From: Octopus sinensis | Lineage: Eukaryota | Assembly: GCF_006345805.1 (NCBI RefSeq) | Contig: NC_043013.1 | Span: forward strand, 49,042,001-49,106,000 | Direction of reading: 5' to 3' | Length of the DNA stretch: 64,000 nucleotides | Part shown: in pieces, positions 12,542 through 26,961 of the stretch | How positions within the stretch are numbered: the first letter of the stretch is position 1 | Layout: every line of letters starts with the position of its first letter | Program-made: the position numbers and the translations under genes | The notes under the pieces: model-generated | The model's database searches: none | Told to the model about the DNA's origin: nothing | Seen by the model: only the letters and a program-made list of their open reading frames with translations

Positions 12542-13069
12542 ATCTTTTCTAGTCTTTTAGCGCAAGAGTCCATGCTCTGACAGTCACCCACTTGGAAATT
12601 CGCATTGAAGAAATACTCAAGGGCCGAGCTCACCGTTAGCACGTCGATTGTGAAGTTTTACTGATCTTTTCTTCTAGGTTACTAACTAACTTTCATTGCA
12701 GTTTATTTGTTTCCAACGCTAGCTTTTTGCTCAACGATGTCAACCCCAATGTAATCGTTCTTAACAAGTCCCTCTCTCACTGATTGTGTAAATGACGAGC
12801 TGGACTGTGACCTAATTAAAACTCTATCAAGATACAGTCTAAATGACTCGCAGTGGTTGTTTTATGTCGACACTGGTATATTTTAGAAATCCAGTCAGTA
12901 TTTGTCGGACAGTTCAATACATATGAAAAGATTTTCGAAACTTTTCCTTCCCTTTTTTTACCTTGGCTTTCATATTTTCGGGGTCAATGAAATAAGTGGC
13001 AGTTGAAAACCAGGAACGATGTAATCGACTCGTGTCCCACTCCCCTCAAATTCCATGCATTCTGCCTAT

Positions 13070-13251
13070 ATTTTTCTATGTTGTTGTTGTTGTTGTTGTT
13101 GTTGGTGTTGTTGTTGTTGTTCTTCTTCTTCTTCTTCTTCTTCTTCTTCTTCTTCTTCTTCTTCTTCTTCTTCTTCTTCTTCTTCTTCTTCTTCCTCCTA
13201 CTCCTCCTCCTCCTCATCATCTTCTTCTTCTTATTATTATTATTATTATTA

Positions 13252-13300
<49 letters not shown>

Positions 13301-13302
13301 CA

Positions 13303-13350
<48 letters not shown>

Positions 13351-13360
13351 TATTATTATC
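13070..13360. repeat. Compound trinucleotide microsatellite (GTT)n(CTT)n(CCT)n(ATT)n
   Basis: Direct reading; source of the poly-V/L/I/S/Y ORFs in the track. Confidence 0.95.
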
Positions 13361-14940
13361 ATGGTCGTCACTATACAATAGATATTGAAGATATTGTTTG
13401 TGCTGTTTGTCAACTCACAACAAGGACCTCATACAGACATTGCTTTACGGAATATGCATGCTGTTCCAAGTAATGCCAACTTTTGCAATACATCTAGATT
13501 GTAGGGTATCTCTAAGGTATTTAGATGGGTTTTTTTTCAGGTTGGGTGGTATTGAACCCAATGCTCCGATGACAGTAGGGATAACCTTTATGTTCGACTC
13601 TCGTAACTGCCACATTTTAGTGATCTCAATTGTCAGGTCTCCATAATTATTAACCTTTTCTATTTCTTTCATGATGATATGTTGATCTCCTGGCACTGCT
13701 ACGTCGATTATTAGGCACTCTTGTTTGTCCCTCCTAAATATTACTATATCCGGCCTTCGGTGCTCTAACATTTTGTCTGTTTGGAAATCAAAGTCCCAGA
13801 TGATTTTTGCCCTCCCCCTTTTGTGCATTAATTCTCCCGGTGTATGTTGGTACCAAGCACCTGTAACCTCATATCCATAGTAACGGCATGATAGCCAGTG
13901 GAGGTTTTGGGCTACTTTGTGGTGTCTGCGCATGTATTCTTTCTTCGCTAGACTTTCACAAGCACTAAATATGTGAGTCGCACTTTCTACCCTCTCCCCA
14001 CACATTCTGCAGAGGTACGATGCACTTGTGTGGTGTATATTCTTTTTCGGTGAGTTGGTATTCAATGCCTGGTGATGATTAGGCTTTCAGTATTCTTTTT
14101 TAGGTTACCCTTGTTGAGCCACCTCGATGATGCTTCTTGGTCTTTTAATTTGTCCGTTTCGCGGTGGATCTGACCATGTAATTCCATGCGGAGTAGGGTT
14201 TCTTCTTTCTCGTTGGCTGTTCCTGATTGGAATTCATGAGCACTCTCAAGTCCATTTTTGTTAATTCCTTCTGCACTACCAGCATACAGTAGCAGGTCTT
14301 GTTTACTGCTTACCAAATATTCTGCCATGTTTCGTCTTTCACTGTTGATGCACTCCCATACGCTAATCAGCCCACATCCACCCTTACTTCTCTGTATGTA
14401 GAGCCTGTGTACACTTGCCTTAGGGTGGAGGGCCCCATGCATTGTCATTGTCTTTCGGGTAGTGCGATCGAGTTGGTCAATCTCCGTTGTGTCCATCTTA
14501 GGATGGGTGCACTATAGCGGACTACAGCAACAGCCCATATGTTGATGCAGTCACAAGGTTCCTTGAGTTGAGCTTTGATTTCAAGAGAAGTTTGAGGTGC
14601 TTGAAATATGCAGTGATGACATTGTCTTTCATTTTTCTGTGCAAAATATTGTCCAGCTCCAGGATCCCAAGGTACTTGTACCCATCATCATCCGGGTCTT
14701 CCATTCTCTCACCGTTTGGCAATTCTATGCTCCGAAAAGTTACTCTTTTCCTCCGCTTCAAAGTAAGCACCCCATACTTCGAGATACCGAATTCCATCCC
14801 TATATCCTTGCTGCATATTTGCACAGTCTCAACCCGCATCTCCATTTCAGTCACTGCATTTGCAAGAAGTTTTAAATCATCCATGGAGAGAAGGTGGTTA
14901 AGACGAGGTCCGTTCTTTTTCAGCTCAGCTCATAGTGCAT
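13361..14940 (-). mobile_element. 5'-truncated Dong/R4-like RLE LINE, frameshifted
   Basis: Minus ORFs give LLSMDDLKL and YKYLGILE (RT), CRMCGERVESATHIFSAC (CCHC), RRH, WDF...RRPDIV...IIDVAVP (RLE); the 3' end runs into (AAT)n. Confidence 0.88.
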
Positions 14941-14944
14941 AGTG

Positions 14945-15790
14945 ACTAAGTTTGACTTTTGCCTTGTATTTGTACAAGTTGACTCCAAGTCTCACCTAGA
15001 GACCTCAAGAGACAACGAGTTAGAAGTTAATGCTGGTGTTATGCCTAGGGTATCATATATTTGGTTTTTCACATAGTATTTGTTCTCGAGAATGTTTAAG
15101 AAAACAAGAAAATTCTGAGTTTGTTTTAAAATTTGAAATTACATACACAGTATTTTACTTAGGATATGGGCAGTTCTCATGAGCACTATCTTTTGAATTT
15201 CTGCCATTTGGAGGTGGTTCCTGGAATCTGAGCTAGGTAGGAATCAGCCTTTTTTGCTATCATTCCTAGGGTACCTATGACAACAGATATTGTTTTAGTC
15301 TTGAGGTTCCACATTTTGCCAATTTCTATTTCAAGATCTTTATACTTGCTGAGTTTTTGGTAGGTATTTTGATAGGTATTTTGACAGATACATTTATGTC
15401 AGTTGTCACAGTCATATCAATGACGAGGTATGGATTTTGTCTGAAGTGTTACAATACAATGTCTGGCCTATTAGCATCTATCTTTCTGTCAGTTTGATTG
15501 GTGAAGTTTCAGAGGAGTGAGATGTTATCATTTTCAAGCACTGGAGGTGGTTTGTGTTTCCACCAGTTTTTATCATGGGGCAGGTTCAAATTTCCTCGTG
15601 GATACATTGTGCTGCTCTATCGTGCCTGTTGAGATACTCTGTAGGTGCAAGAAGACAGCACATGGAGACAACGTAATCAATGGTTTCATTTTGTTGTTTA
15701 CACACACGATATGTTGGGCTACTGCCATTATTTAATATGTTAGCCTGTTAGTTTCTGGTAGGTAGGCATTGATCTTGGGTCGCTATGATA
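14945..15790 (-). mobile_element. Second Dong/R4-like LINE 3' fragment
   Basis: Minus frame QKLSKYKDLEIEIGKMWNLKTKTISVVIGTLGMI parallels the 50441-51682 protein. Confidence 0.78.
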
Positions 15791-15897
15791 AACCCTTCTG
15801 TTTCTGATTTTAAACCAGAAGACATTAACCATCGATGGGTAAGGGCTTTGTCAACGTCGGCTTTCTTTTCAACTATTAGCTCCCTTTCTCTCTATTA

Positions 15898-15944
<47 letters not shown>

Positions 15945-16599
15945 GTTATTTCGGCAGCGACCTGGCAGAATCGTTATGTTCTGGTGTCGTAAGTACGTCA
16001 GACAAAATGCTTAGCGATATTTAGTCCTTTATTCTGTATTTTGAGTTCAAATCCAGCTGTTATTGACTTTGCCTCTCATCTGGGTCGATAAAATAGTACC
16101 AGTCAAACCACGGGGGTCAATGCAATACACTAGCTTCCTCTTCCGTAATTTCAGGTCCTGTGCCTGTTGAAGAAAGGATTGTTGTTTTCGTTGTTGTTTT
16201 TGTTGGTTTAAATACTGCCGAGGATGAATTTGGTTTCCATCCTTTCGAGTCGATAAAGAAAAGAACTAGTACTAGACGAATACTGGGGTTGATGTAATCC
16301 ACTTCTCCCTGCCCTCAGAATTTCAGTATTGTGCCTACAGTAGAGAGAAGTGTTCAATTTTTTGTTGTTGTTGTTGTTAACCTTTGTAGACTCATGGGAA
16401 AATGGAGAATATAATAATGGTCCTTTCTCCTGAGCCTAAAATGTGAATGACATTTCGTTTACATATTATTGCTTACTGTAACGGACCAACACCCCGTTCA
16501 AAGGAAAATGTAATCTCAAACCAAGTTTTGGCTTGGCCTTACAAGACTTAGGGCCCGTGGTAAACCTACGATCTAAGCTGAATACTTACACATAATGGA

Positions 16600-17100
16600 T
16601 GATAACTTCGATATGATGTGAATGTTTTCAGCGTATTTGTAATTGCGGATTTATTAGATTGTTTTCAGAAATTGAACTAAGATACTCCGAATATTATTGT
16701 TAATATACTTATCATCCTGCTTAAGAACATCGAACTCAGATTTAAGAATATATCAATAATTCCCAGTACCATTTACAGCAAATATACTTACCTTGTATAG
16801 CAACTTCATGACGTATTTGTTTGTTTTGGTGTCAACTACCTCAATATCAGGTCTTCATAAGATATTTGGATTGTTATTTTGTAGTATCTTTTCGATTAAA
16901 TGCTGTTAGTTGGTAGAGAGTTCAGCCATTCTGCCCCAGTACATTTCAGTAACTGAAGAAAGATCACAAAGGAGATTAGAGCACTCTTTTGTCATAACAT
17001 CATTTATAATACGTCCGGTTTATCAGTTTAAAGCTGTTGATCTAATGGAACAAATTCTCTGTCTTTCCTAGACAAATGTCTATTGATTTACGGTCTGTCA
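16600..17100 (-). mobile_element. Possible highly decayed Penelope-like RT relic
   Basis: Short minus-frame pieces (AVNGTGNY; KYINNNI) weakly resemble PLE RT motifs; many stops. Confidence 0.3.
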
Positions 17101-17417
17101 GGTGGTATTTGCTGTTCTTAACTGAATTAAGATGCTTTTTCTCCAGCGTCTACTTTTAACTTACTCGTCTTAATTCCAGTTGTCTCATTCTCAATGAAAT
17201 AAGAATTTCCTTCTATCGATCACTGCTCTCTTCTCAGTTGTATCTCGATTGCATTACACTTTTGATGCAACTCTTCTCTCCACAGTCAACATGTATTACA
17301 TACTTGAGTAATGATTTTACAGGTTTTAATACAGATATTCCTATACAGACGATCACACGAACATATTTACACACACGTACAGCATTCACTCCCCAAGCAC
17401 ACATAAACGTGTATATA

Positions 17418-17463
<46 letters not shown>

Positions 17464-17966
17464 AATACACACACACACACACAAGTTATTCGTGGGATAA
17501 TTAGACTACCATTGGTTTCATGTTGAGAAAAGTGTCTCTCAACAACTATACAATTATTCAAGAGTCAGCCACATGACAAGTTGATTTTCGTCTCTATCTT
17601 GAATGCGAGCACAACAAAATCATTTCAACAACCCCAAGATAACCAGGAGCATCTTCGCAAAAGCCAACAAATACAGGGGACGGGGCAGCAAAGGGGCTGA
17701 AAAATTAAACATTATGACATCAAAAGCGAACATTTAACTATTAGGGATAAAACCTCTTCACATTCCGAAATTTCATGCAGGACCCAACACCTACTTTGTT
17801 TTCACCCAAGATGGAGACGAATGGCAATGTCCGATGTGGCAAACTTGAATAATTGCTGAGAGATATCTCTCTCATCATGAAAACAATAGTAGTCTGGTTA
17901 ACCCACAAATAAAGAATATTTATCAACTAATGCGGTGTTGAGCACTCATATACTTACAGTTCGATA

Positions 17967-18600
17967 CGAGTCTGATCAATAAGTGTCAAGACTGTTGCTA
18001 TAGTAACGAAAATACAGTACGCAGAATAAAGCTACTTGGCACAGGTTGACCATTCTAACGTTCTAGCTCACTTCCACTGTTTACTGCAGTGCTTGGAAGG
18101 AAGGTGTGTAGCGTGTGACCGTCGCATTGACCATGACAGAGAAATTTGTCATGGCGATATCTGCTCAGAGGCCTACGCGAGGTTGCAGAAAGTGAATGGA
18201 GAGAAGTGTATGCGCCGCACGCAAGTGTACGAGAGGTTCAGACGTTTCCAAGATGGCCGAAAATATGTCGATATTGACGAAAGTTCTGAGAGACCCACAA
18301 CCAGCAGAACTGAGAAAAACATCGCAAATGTTCCTGCAGCTATGAGGGAAAATCGTCGAATCACCATCCGTGAGTTATCAGAGGATCTGTAGATTAGTTA
18401 CGGTTCAGTTCAGTCCATTATAACTAAAGATTTGGGTATGAGATGCGTGTCTGCCAGGTTTGTGCCCAAACTACTTTCAGCTGACCAAAAAGACACAAGA
18501 TAGCCTTGATTGTGTCGATAACGATGAAAACCTTTTACAAACTTTGTGTAGGCCCCTGAGCAGGTATAGCCAAGCTTAGGCAAAATTTGATGTCGATTCT
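17967..18600 (+). mobile_element. Mariner transposon 5' relic
   Basis: TA|CGAGTCTGATCAATAAG end; frame ...TQVYERFRRFQDGR...RPTTSRT...ENRRITIRELSEDL*ISYGSVQSII..DLGMR.VSARFVPKLL (equivalent of the WVPHEL motif). Confidence 0.85.
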
Positions 18601-19331
18601 CTGCTCAACTTTCCGTGTCATGGCCAATGCGGCGATCATACGCTACACCCATTCCTTCCAAGCACTGCTTTAAACAACGGACATGAACTAGAAGTTAAAC
18701 CTCAGTACGCATTCACAGCAGAGTTCAAGCTCAATATGTGCCAAGCGGCTTTACTCCTGTGTTTTAGTTTCGTTACTATGGCAACAGTCAGGATACTTCT
18801 TGATCAGACCACACACACAAACACACACATACACATATTATAAAATAAAGGATATATCTTCATTCATGTAGAAGATTATATGAGGATCGACAGTCCCTCC
18901 TGAGCTCTAGGCTTATAAGACCAGTTCTTCGGATTCTGTGGCTTATATAGTCCTTCCACTCTGGATAGGACGCCGGCGCATCACCGGAATGATCATTTGT
19001 GTCAGCCGTTTAGCTCAAGAACACCACGTATTACCTAGTCCAGGGATGCAACACCCAAACCAATAATCCACGCGACTCGCCATGCACACACACGCACACA
19101 CACACATGCACACGCACGCACGCACGCAAGCACAACATTCAACGCAAGTGAAGTTTAAGAGTTCACAATTGTTTCAGCAGCGTTTTTATTAATTAATGCT
19201 TTGGTCACTTCGATTACATCATGCAAAGAAGATCTGTCTTTATCAGGTGATTTTTAACAAATGATCCTATAAGTATTTAGAAAATTTGAGTTGACTTGCA
19301 CGCTAAGTTTTTAGTAAGACAGGTGAATGTG

Positions 19332-19741
19332 GGATCTTTTCGGTTTGAACGGCAGTTTTTTCTAGCGGTGTCATATGAAATTGTCACCCATAATTATGAC
19401 CCTAGTATCGATCTATTGTATTTCAATCTGTTTTAGGGTTAGGGGTGGGGGAAGGGTATATTTTTTCTTCACAAATGTAAATAAACCCAATCTGTTTCTT
19501 AAACGAGGGACATATTCATACGACACAGAATGCCTTTTAACTCAATAGACGTCACTGATTGGTTGAAATTGCAGAAATTGCAGAAAAAACAACAACAAAT
19601 ATCTTACAAACCATAGAATTTTCTCAATAAAGCCAAGAGAAAAAGATGTTTTATAAACACATTCTACCAGTATACGAAGTTTAAAATTTTTTAGCTACCT
19701 AGAAATTATGTTAAAAACTGCCGTTCAAACCGAAAAGATCC
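19332..19741. mobile_element. Merlin-like MITE copy with short TTAGGG tract
   Basis: Same TIRs as 4773; flanks gtgaatgtg / gccaatgtg are at best a degenerate TSD. Confidence 0.9.
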
Positions 19742-20794
19742 GCCAATGTGATTAAAAGAACTGTTGAATTTAAATCGCTCTCTACCACACTATAAGTGTA
19801 GTGTCTAGGAACTCTAAAATTTCACAGATCGTTATGATGGTCATTGATGGGTTCAGTGTAGACAACAGATCAAAGGAAACAAAGATATAGGAATTGAGAT
19901 GAATCACTACCATACCGCATATAGCCGATGTTTTAACTGGCTTCAAATGTCCTATACTCACTTAAATGCTTAACTACAATTAGTGCGTGCATAACCTCCC
20001 CCCATCATACGTTAAGCATAGTTGGAGATTTCATATTTTTTTTGTCAAATTATAAATGGACTTCTCACCCCAAAAAATATATATATGAATCTATATTTTT
20101 TGACCTTACAAAAGTACCTTTTAAAAACTATCCTTTTGGCAATTTCATGTTGCCTCTAAAAGACCCAATTTCCGTATTGGGAACGAACACTGAACAGCTA
20201 GCCCAGTTTTTGATAAACCTCCAAATGTTACATTCAATAGATTTGCAAGCGATTTACATATGTAAGTGCTCTGATTTTGTACCTGATGTCCATGTTCAGC
20301 CTTGGAAAATTTTTTCATGTAACAGAATTATCCGAAACGTCTGGCATATTTTGCATAAAATTCCTCATCCATGTTTTTTTTTTAACGATTTAAAAAACTG
20401 GACACTTAATTTGAAACTACATGGACAAGACTTTCCAGAAACGTTTACTGCGGTGCTATTTGTGCATATTTTATTGTACTAGAGGTTTACTATTGGTAGA
20501 TATTGTTATTCAAGTCCTTCCAAAGATTGAAACATTAAACAGGTCTATTAAAGAATGGAATGTCGAAATTTGAAAAAAATATTTTGTCTAATTTGTATAT
20601 TTTACATTTGAATATGCATAATTAGATAATTTGCATTTTTAACTACATACCGGATAAGGTGTTCAACTTAATACAACACAAGTAATAAGTACCGCAAGTT
20701 TGATCAGTGTGTTAATTAACCTGAAATGTTTAATTTGCCTATATCAAGTAACCGAAGTTGGTCATTTTCAACAATCTCTACATATGTATATTTT

Positions 20795-21053
20795 GTCTTT
20801 TACTTGGTTTTGTCATTAGACTGCGTCCATGCTGGGGCACCGCCTTGAAGTGGGGTTTTAGTCAAGCAGATCGACTCTAGTAATTATTTTTAAGTCTGGT
20901 ACTTATTCTATCATTTATTTTTTTTACCAAATCAGTAAGTCACAAGAACATAACAACAAACCAATACCGGTTGTCAAGCGGCAAAGGAAGAGACGAACAC
21001 AGACTCAAAGGCACACGCACGAGCACATACACACACACCCGCACACACACATA

Positions 21054-21110
<57 letters not shown>

Positions 21111-21235
21111 TGCACATTCATATGACGGGTTTCAACATAGTTTCTTTTAATCAAATTCACTCACAAAGCTTTGGCTGGCCCGCGGTTATAGTAGAATACG
21201 TTTGCCCAAAGTGCCACGTATGGGGCTGAACCTTA
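20795..21235 (-). mobile_element. Older SINE family B copy
   Basis: tcattagactgcgtccatgctggggcacc...ttgtcaagcgg...CA tract...caaattcactcacaaagcttt. Confidence 0.75.
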
Positions 21236-24200
21236 TTGTTACAAAGTGAGTTAAGTAACATTTTTGCAAAAGAGTGTTTTGAAGTGTCAGTTCTACAGTT
21301 ACGCAATAAACTACATATTCAATTTGTTTATGGATTGGAAAGTTGTATAAGATGACATCAATTTACGTAGCAAGTCTCTAAAACACAGAATATAAAAATC
21401 AAAAGGAATAAAAGAAAAGAATTTTTTAATTAAATTGCATTTAATAGTTGGTTTTGTTTTAGTCTGAAATACTTTAAATCCAAACGTGTTAGCTCAAATT
21501 ATTGTTCTATAAAATGCGACCGGTTTAATGTAATTTTTGGATGTTATACATACTACTGGGCAAGTTTCTTTACAGTTGCGTGTGAGTAAACCATCCAGCA
21601 TTAAGCTCCAGTGTTTTTACTTTTTATACGATATTTCCATCCAATTCTTTATTCTCCGATACACATCTCCCATGTTCTCATCAATGTTATAATCAATTTA
21701 ACTACAGTCATTAGTATTTTTCTTTGCATATTGATCTATTGTATGTTTCAATTTAAGTACTTTATCAGTATCCGAATCTTGATTGAGTAGAGAACAGTTA
21801 GCAGTTGAAGCTTGTTTGAGGATAACTCGCTTTATAAAATCTATTTGTACATCTGTGAATCACTGTTATTACTTTGACTCTCGTCTCATTAGACTACTGA
21901 CAAGAGATATCGATAAATTCATTTTTTCTTTCTATAATGCAAGATTTCACTTTTAGTTCAACTTTTCTCTCTGCTACAGAATCTATTTTGCTTTCACACT
22001 CTAAAAATATTATATTGGACGTCGTTTTTCACTCAATAGTGACTTTATTCAAAGATGCATTGTATGTTTGCGTATTTTGTCGGCCAATTATTTGTTTATA
22101 GAGGGTCATTCACCTCACTTTATCAATTAAGTCGGACATGATACTTTCATGCTTGGCATTTTCGACCTAAATGTTTTTCATTACATGAATGTGTTTTATA
22201 CGGATATTTTCCTCCCAAACTGTTATGATATTTTATTGAACTTATTTATTAAGTAAATGTTATTCTGAAGCAAATCCAAAATCAGTATTGAAACAAATGA
22301 CAGTTTCTTACTTATTCAATCACGATTAGGCGAGTTTCCGTGATTAAAGTTATCAATGGAATTTGAATGACATGTAAATACGTTATCAATCGTAATAAAA
22401 TGATTACATATTAAACTAGATTGTGTATTACAAATAATATATGACAAATATTGACCAAAGCTATATTACAGTTCTTACAAAAATATTGTAATGATATTCA
22501 AAAAAATAAAGCAAATACGTTGGAAAAGCTTTTCGTGTATTGTATATGTAGATGTGTATGAAAAACATTATTTGAAGATCTATTATAGAATTTATATCGA
22601 AAATAATGAATGAATTGCTATGTCTTTTAGCATAATTATGGTTCTTAACATATACTTTCCTAAATAATGGAGTGTTTCTCTACTATCCTTGACAAATTTA
22701 ATATCAATTCTGGCACTCTTAATTTTGCCATTTATTTGTTTCTGTTTGTTTCATTATTAACATACAGGAAGAATTCTTCAAACAATCAAATAATAGTTCA
22801 GTCATTTTTTTTTTTTTAACTCTAAGACCTCACTCTAGAAATTTATGTTTATGCTACCTTAGATTTAATTCTTATTTTACAAAGTTTCTTCTTAACATTA
22901 TTCACGACTGCGTCATGCATTCTGGTCTTATAATTGCCAAATTTTCCCCGTTTTCCCCAATTCTTTTGAATTTATTTTAACAGAACGAAGTCATTTTCTA
23001 CCTAACTTATTTCATTCAATACTTATTCATATATGCTTTTTCATTTCCGGTCAAGACGACATTCTGAAATAATATTTCTGTGAACGTATTTTATAATTTT
23101 CCCAAAACTACCTTCTTTTTTCTTTGTTGATCACCTTTTCTTAGTCCCGTATCACTTGAATATTAGAATATCTCTGAATATCGGAACATCTCTGAATGAT
23201 TCCTTCCAGCAGCTTTGCCGTTAATCCTCTTCCAATCAGCTACTTGTTTTCCGATCAGTAGGTTGTCGTTGAATATCTTGTGAATAATTCCTTCAAGCAT
23301 CTTCAGATCTGCTTTGATACTTTGAATTACATTTATCACAAACCCACTGACATTTTCCATTTAGTAGAATTTTGATCTCATATATATCAAAAGTAATCCA
23401 AGTAACATTTTCGTTTCGGTTGAACCGAATAACTAAGATTTGCGAAAGTATATCAGAAGATATTCCTAAATACTTTTAATATTGGAATATTGGTAAAGGT
23501 TGAAAAATCTGTTAAACATAGCAACTGTCAAACTTCTTTAAATCAACCATATGCAGAAATCAAGGACATATTGGAAAGTGCAGTCACAAATTTACAAGAC
23601 AATACGATTGAATCATTTTAAATCATAGGTTTCCTTGATCAAGGTTGATCTGATTAAATAAAAACAACAGACCTGAAGAGTGCTAAATCTTGATACAATC
23701 TTTTCTCTATCAGATAGAAAATGGAAATTTGTATTTAAACATCTCCTGTACCAGTTATAAAAAAATCATATATTAATTCATAACTAGTATTTGGTTTGAC
23801 AACGCCGTTAAAGCGTTGGTTAGAATGTCTTGGAGTTATTGCTTTGACTTTTTGCGCTCTGAATTCAAATACCACCGATGTCAACTTTGTCTCTCGGAGT
23901 TAACAAAAATGCACCAATACCGACCAGTGGACTAGCAGAAGTGTTAGAGTGTCAGGCAAGATGCTTCACAGGTTTTTGTTTCATCTCTTTGCGTTCTGAC
24001 ATGGTACGCGTGTCAAGCTGTGCCGTCTCAAATATGCAAGTCACCTTAAGATAAATAACGGTGGAACAGATAGGAGAGACCTACATATTTGAGTAATAGT
24101 TAATTTTTCAAAAAATCTTGCTTGAGCCAGCTTGTATTGTGTACAGATACCTTATCAATGTTGACAGATGTAGAACTTGCTTCGAATTTATACTCAAATA

Positions 24201-25146
24201 TTATAATACCTACAGTAGGCCTTGTGTCTAGAGGGAGGAAGAAAGAATTGTGATACTTATTAGAAGATACGCAACTGGCTAGGGAGTTTTTAAGTACTTT
24301 GGGGGTAACACTTTCTTGCGCCTAGTGGGTATAGTAGAACCTTTAACAAGGACAAGATTAAGCTATTTTTCCTACTACACCTAATGCCGCTGGTAAGCCG
24401 CGTTTAGGATTAATAAGAATGAAACCTAATCGCACTCTCTCCATTCTCACTTAACAAAAATGCCACTACCAACATTTATGAAATAGTCTACTAAGTTTAA
24501 TGACATTTTTGGAGCAGAAATGTCTTAGACTCTTCTTTAATCTATGATCTCATTCTGATATCCATCCTTGTTGTTTGACAATTTTTAGTCCCACTAATTT
24601 TTCATTTCTTGATGTTGGCAATTTCGAATAGAAATTTCAATTGTTCATAATCTGTTGATTAGTTTACATGTCACTACTCGCTTGTTTATTTAGTTCCGCT
24701 TAGGGTTTGAGAGTTTAGTGACATATTATATAATCTTATGGCTTGTGCATATTGCATACTTGACCGCACTACGCTTGCGTCACAATAGTCTCTTAAAACA
24801 ACTGTAGCAATACCAAATAACATTTTCATCTGTTTTATGTTTTACGCCGCCTCCCATTGCTCCGTCGCCGGAAGCTTGCCGATGCATGATCAATGTCTCT
24901 GTAGCAGACTTCCAAAGTTTATCAAAATTTCACGTTGGCTCTTTCTTCATGTCCATGATAAATCCCAGACGACAGCATACAATGATCACAAAACACATAT
25001 TTCATACCTTGCGAAGTATACACAGCGATGTTACACGGTACATGCCTCATGAAGGTCACTGCTAACTCTCCTTGAGCAAGCAACCGTTTGCTGCCATCTA
25101 TTGGCGCACTACAGAACTAGCTCGGGAACTTTTTGGTACCACCTCC

Positions 25147-25212
<66 letters not shown>

Positions 25213-25299
25213 TTATGTGTGTGTGTGTGTGAGTGCGTGCGCGTGTGTATGTATATGTATATAGATATATGTACGTATATATGTTTATATGTATATATA

Positions 25300-25362
<63 letters not shown>

Positions 25363-26230
25363 ACATTAGGCTATAAATACAAAGAACTATAAAAATCGAC
25401 TTTAAAGAAACAATAAGGTTTAAGAAATACGTTATCAGCTTAATGCCTTACTGAATACAGGCAGTTACTTGACGTTTGAGATATTAGTCCTTCATCACAT
25501 TCTCCAGCCGACCGGCTTCTGGTCTATTGAAAATGGCTGGCTACTACAACATTTTTTCCGGGAGGGGTGTACAGTTTCACTATATAACATCTCCCCCTTC
25601 AATTTTTTTTATTAACATTCTAGGTCTTTCATTCACCCTACCTCCTCTTTTTTCTTTTTTATATATCAATATTTTTTCTCCTTAAGGTCTACTTTTAGGA
25701 ATTCAGTGTCCTTTCTTTTCCTCGTATGTGTGGTTTCGGCTTCTTGTAACGGTGTTGGAACCCGAAAAGCGTCATATAGCCAATCCATCTTGTTGGTTCC
25801 CTTTTTTTATGACCCTTTCCTTAAGCTGATTTCTATGTCTCCTTTCCATTGCATGTCTGCTTTTTACATCATACACCATTTTTCCAATGTATGTTACAAT
25901 TTCTCCTCCCAGTATTGCTTGCCATTTTTGTACATTCTATCATATACCTTATCACCGACTCTAAAGAATTTTGGCATCTCTTTAGTAGTATGTATTTTTT
26001 CTTCACTAGTAACAGTTTATCGAATACGAACTTTACCTTTCTGGCAAACATTAATTCCGCTGATGAACTTCCTTCTGGCGCATTTGGGTTCGAAATTACC
26101 CAGTACACCCTTTTTAATTGTTGGATCGTGACCTCGTCCGTGGCATCCCTATTAACCTTCGTTAAAGGTCTCTTAAAAGTGTCCACGAACCGTTCGGCCC
26201 ATCCATTCGACCTAGAGTGATACGATACTC

Positions 26231-26449
26231 GGCGAGCTGGCAGAAACGTTAGCACGTCGGGCGAAATGCTTAACGGTATTTCGTCTGGCGTTACGTTCTG
26301 AGTTCAAATTCCGCCGAGGTCGACTTTACCTTTCATCCTTTCGGGGTCGATTAAATAAGTACCAGTTACGCACTGGGGTCGATATAATCGACTTAATTCC
26401 TTTGTCTGTCCTCTCTGTATTTAGCCCCTTGTGGGCAGTAAAGAAATAG
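26231..26449 (+). mobile_element. SINE family C inserted in Gypsy integrase
   Basis: ggcgagctggcagaaacgttagc...gagttcaaattccgccgaggtcgac...ggggtcgat; reverse copy at 56800-57029, older copies near 15955, 41150 and 47590. Confidence 0.85.
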
Positions 26450-26566
26450 ATACTATAGTTTTATATTCATTCTAGAGATGCTTGAATGTCCTAGATGAAA
26501 CCCTTTTAGCATTCTCTTCTGTAATGTCTGTGGTAAGACCACCCTCTAAGCATACATTAGTATACA

Positions 26567-26961
26567 TCTATATACATAAAAGCAAGGTTGTGTGGTGTCT
26601 GTCTCCTACGATTTAGATTCCTAACTACTCCCACATTTTGCGGTGCAGTTTAACCAAAAGCGGGTATCTTATAGTCGTGATTCCTATCTAGCCCTTCTGG
26701 GTATTAGCGCGCATCTACGATGAGTCTACGATAAAAAAAAAATTACCATCACTTTTCCCATTTTAATGCATTTTTTTGCTATTATATAAGGGAAGTAACT
26801 CTCTAAAAATGTATTATTAAATCTCAGAACGTAAAAAGCTACAGTAACACCCCCCTTTTGTGGTTAGCCATATTGAGATGGCTATTATACTTTACATCTC
26901 TAAGAATGCTTATATAGTTATTTCCCTTACAAACCCGAGCAATGCCAGGCGATACTGCTAG
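26567..26961 (+). mobile_element. Non-autonomous Helitron
   Basis: A|TCTATATAC ... CCCGAGCAATGCCAGGCGATACTGCTAG|T; homologous to 9665-10065. Confidence 0.82.

Noticed and set aside
20042-20482. 146-aa ORF as a host exon
   Set aside because: No recognisable domain or fitting splice sites; the PDE frame is already continuous from exon A to exon B.
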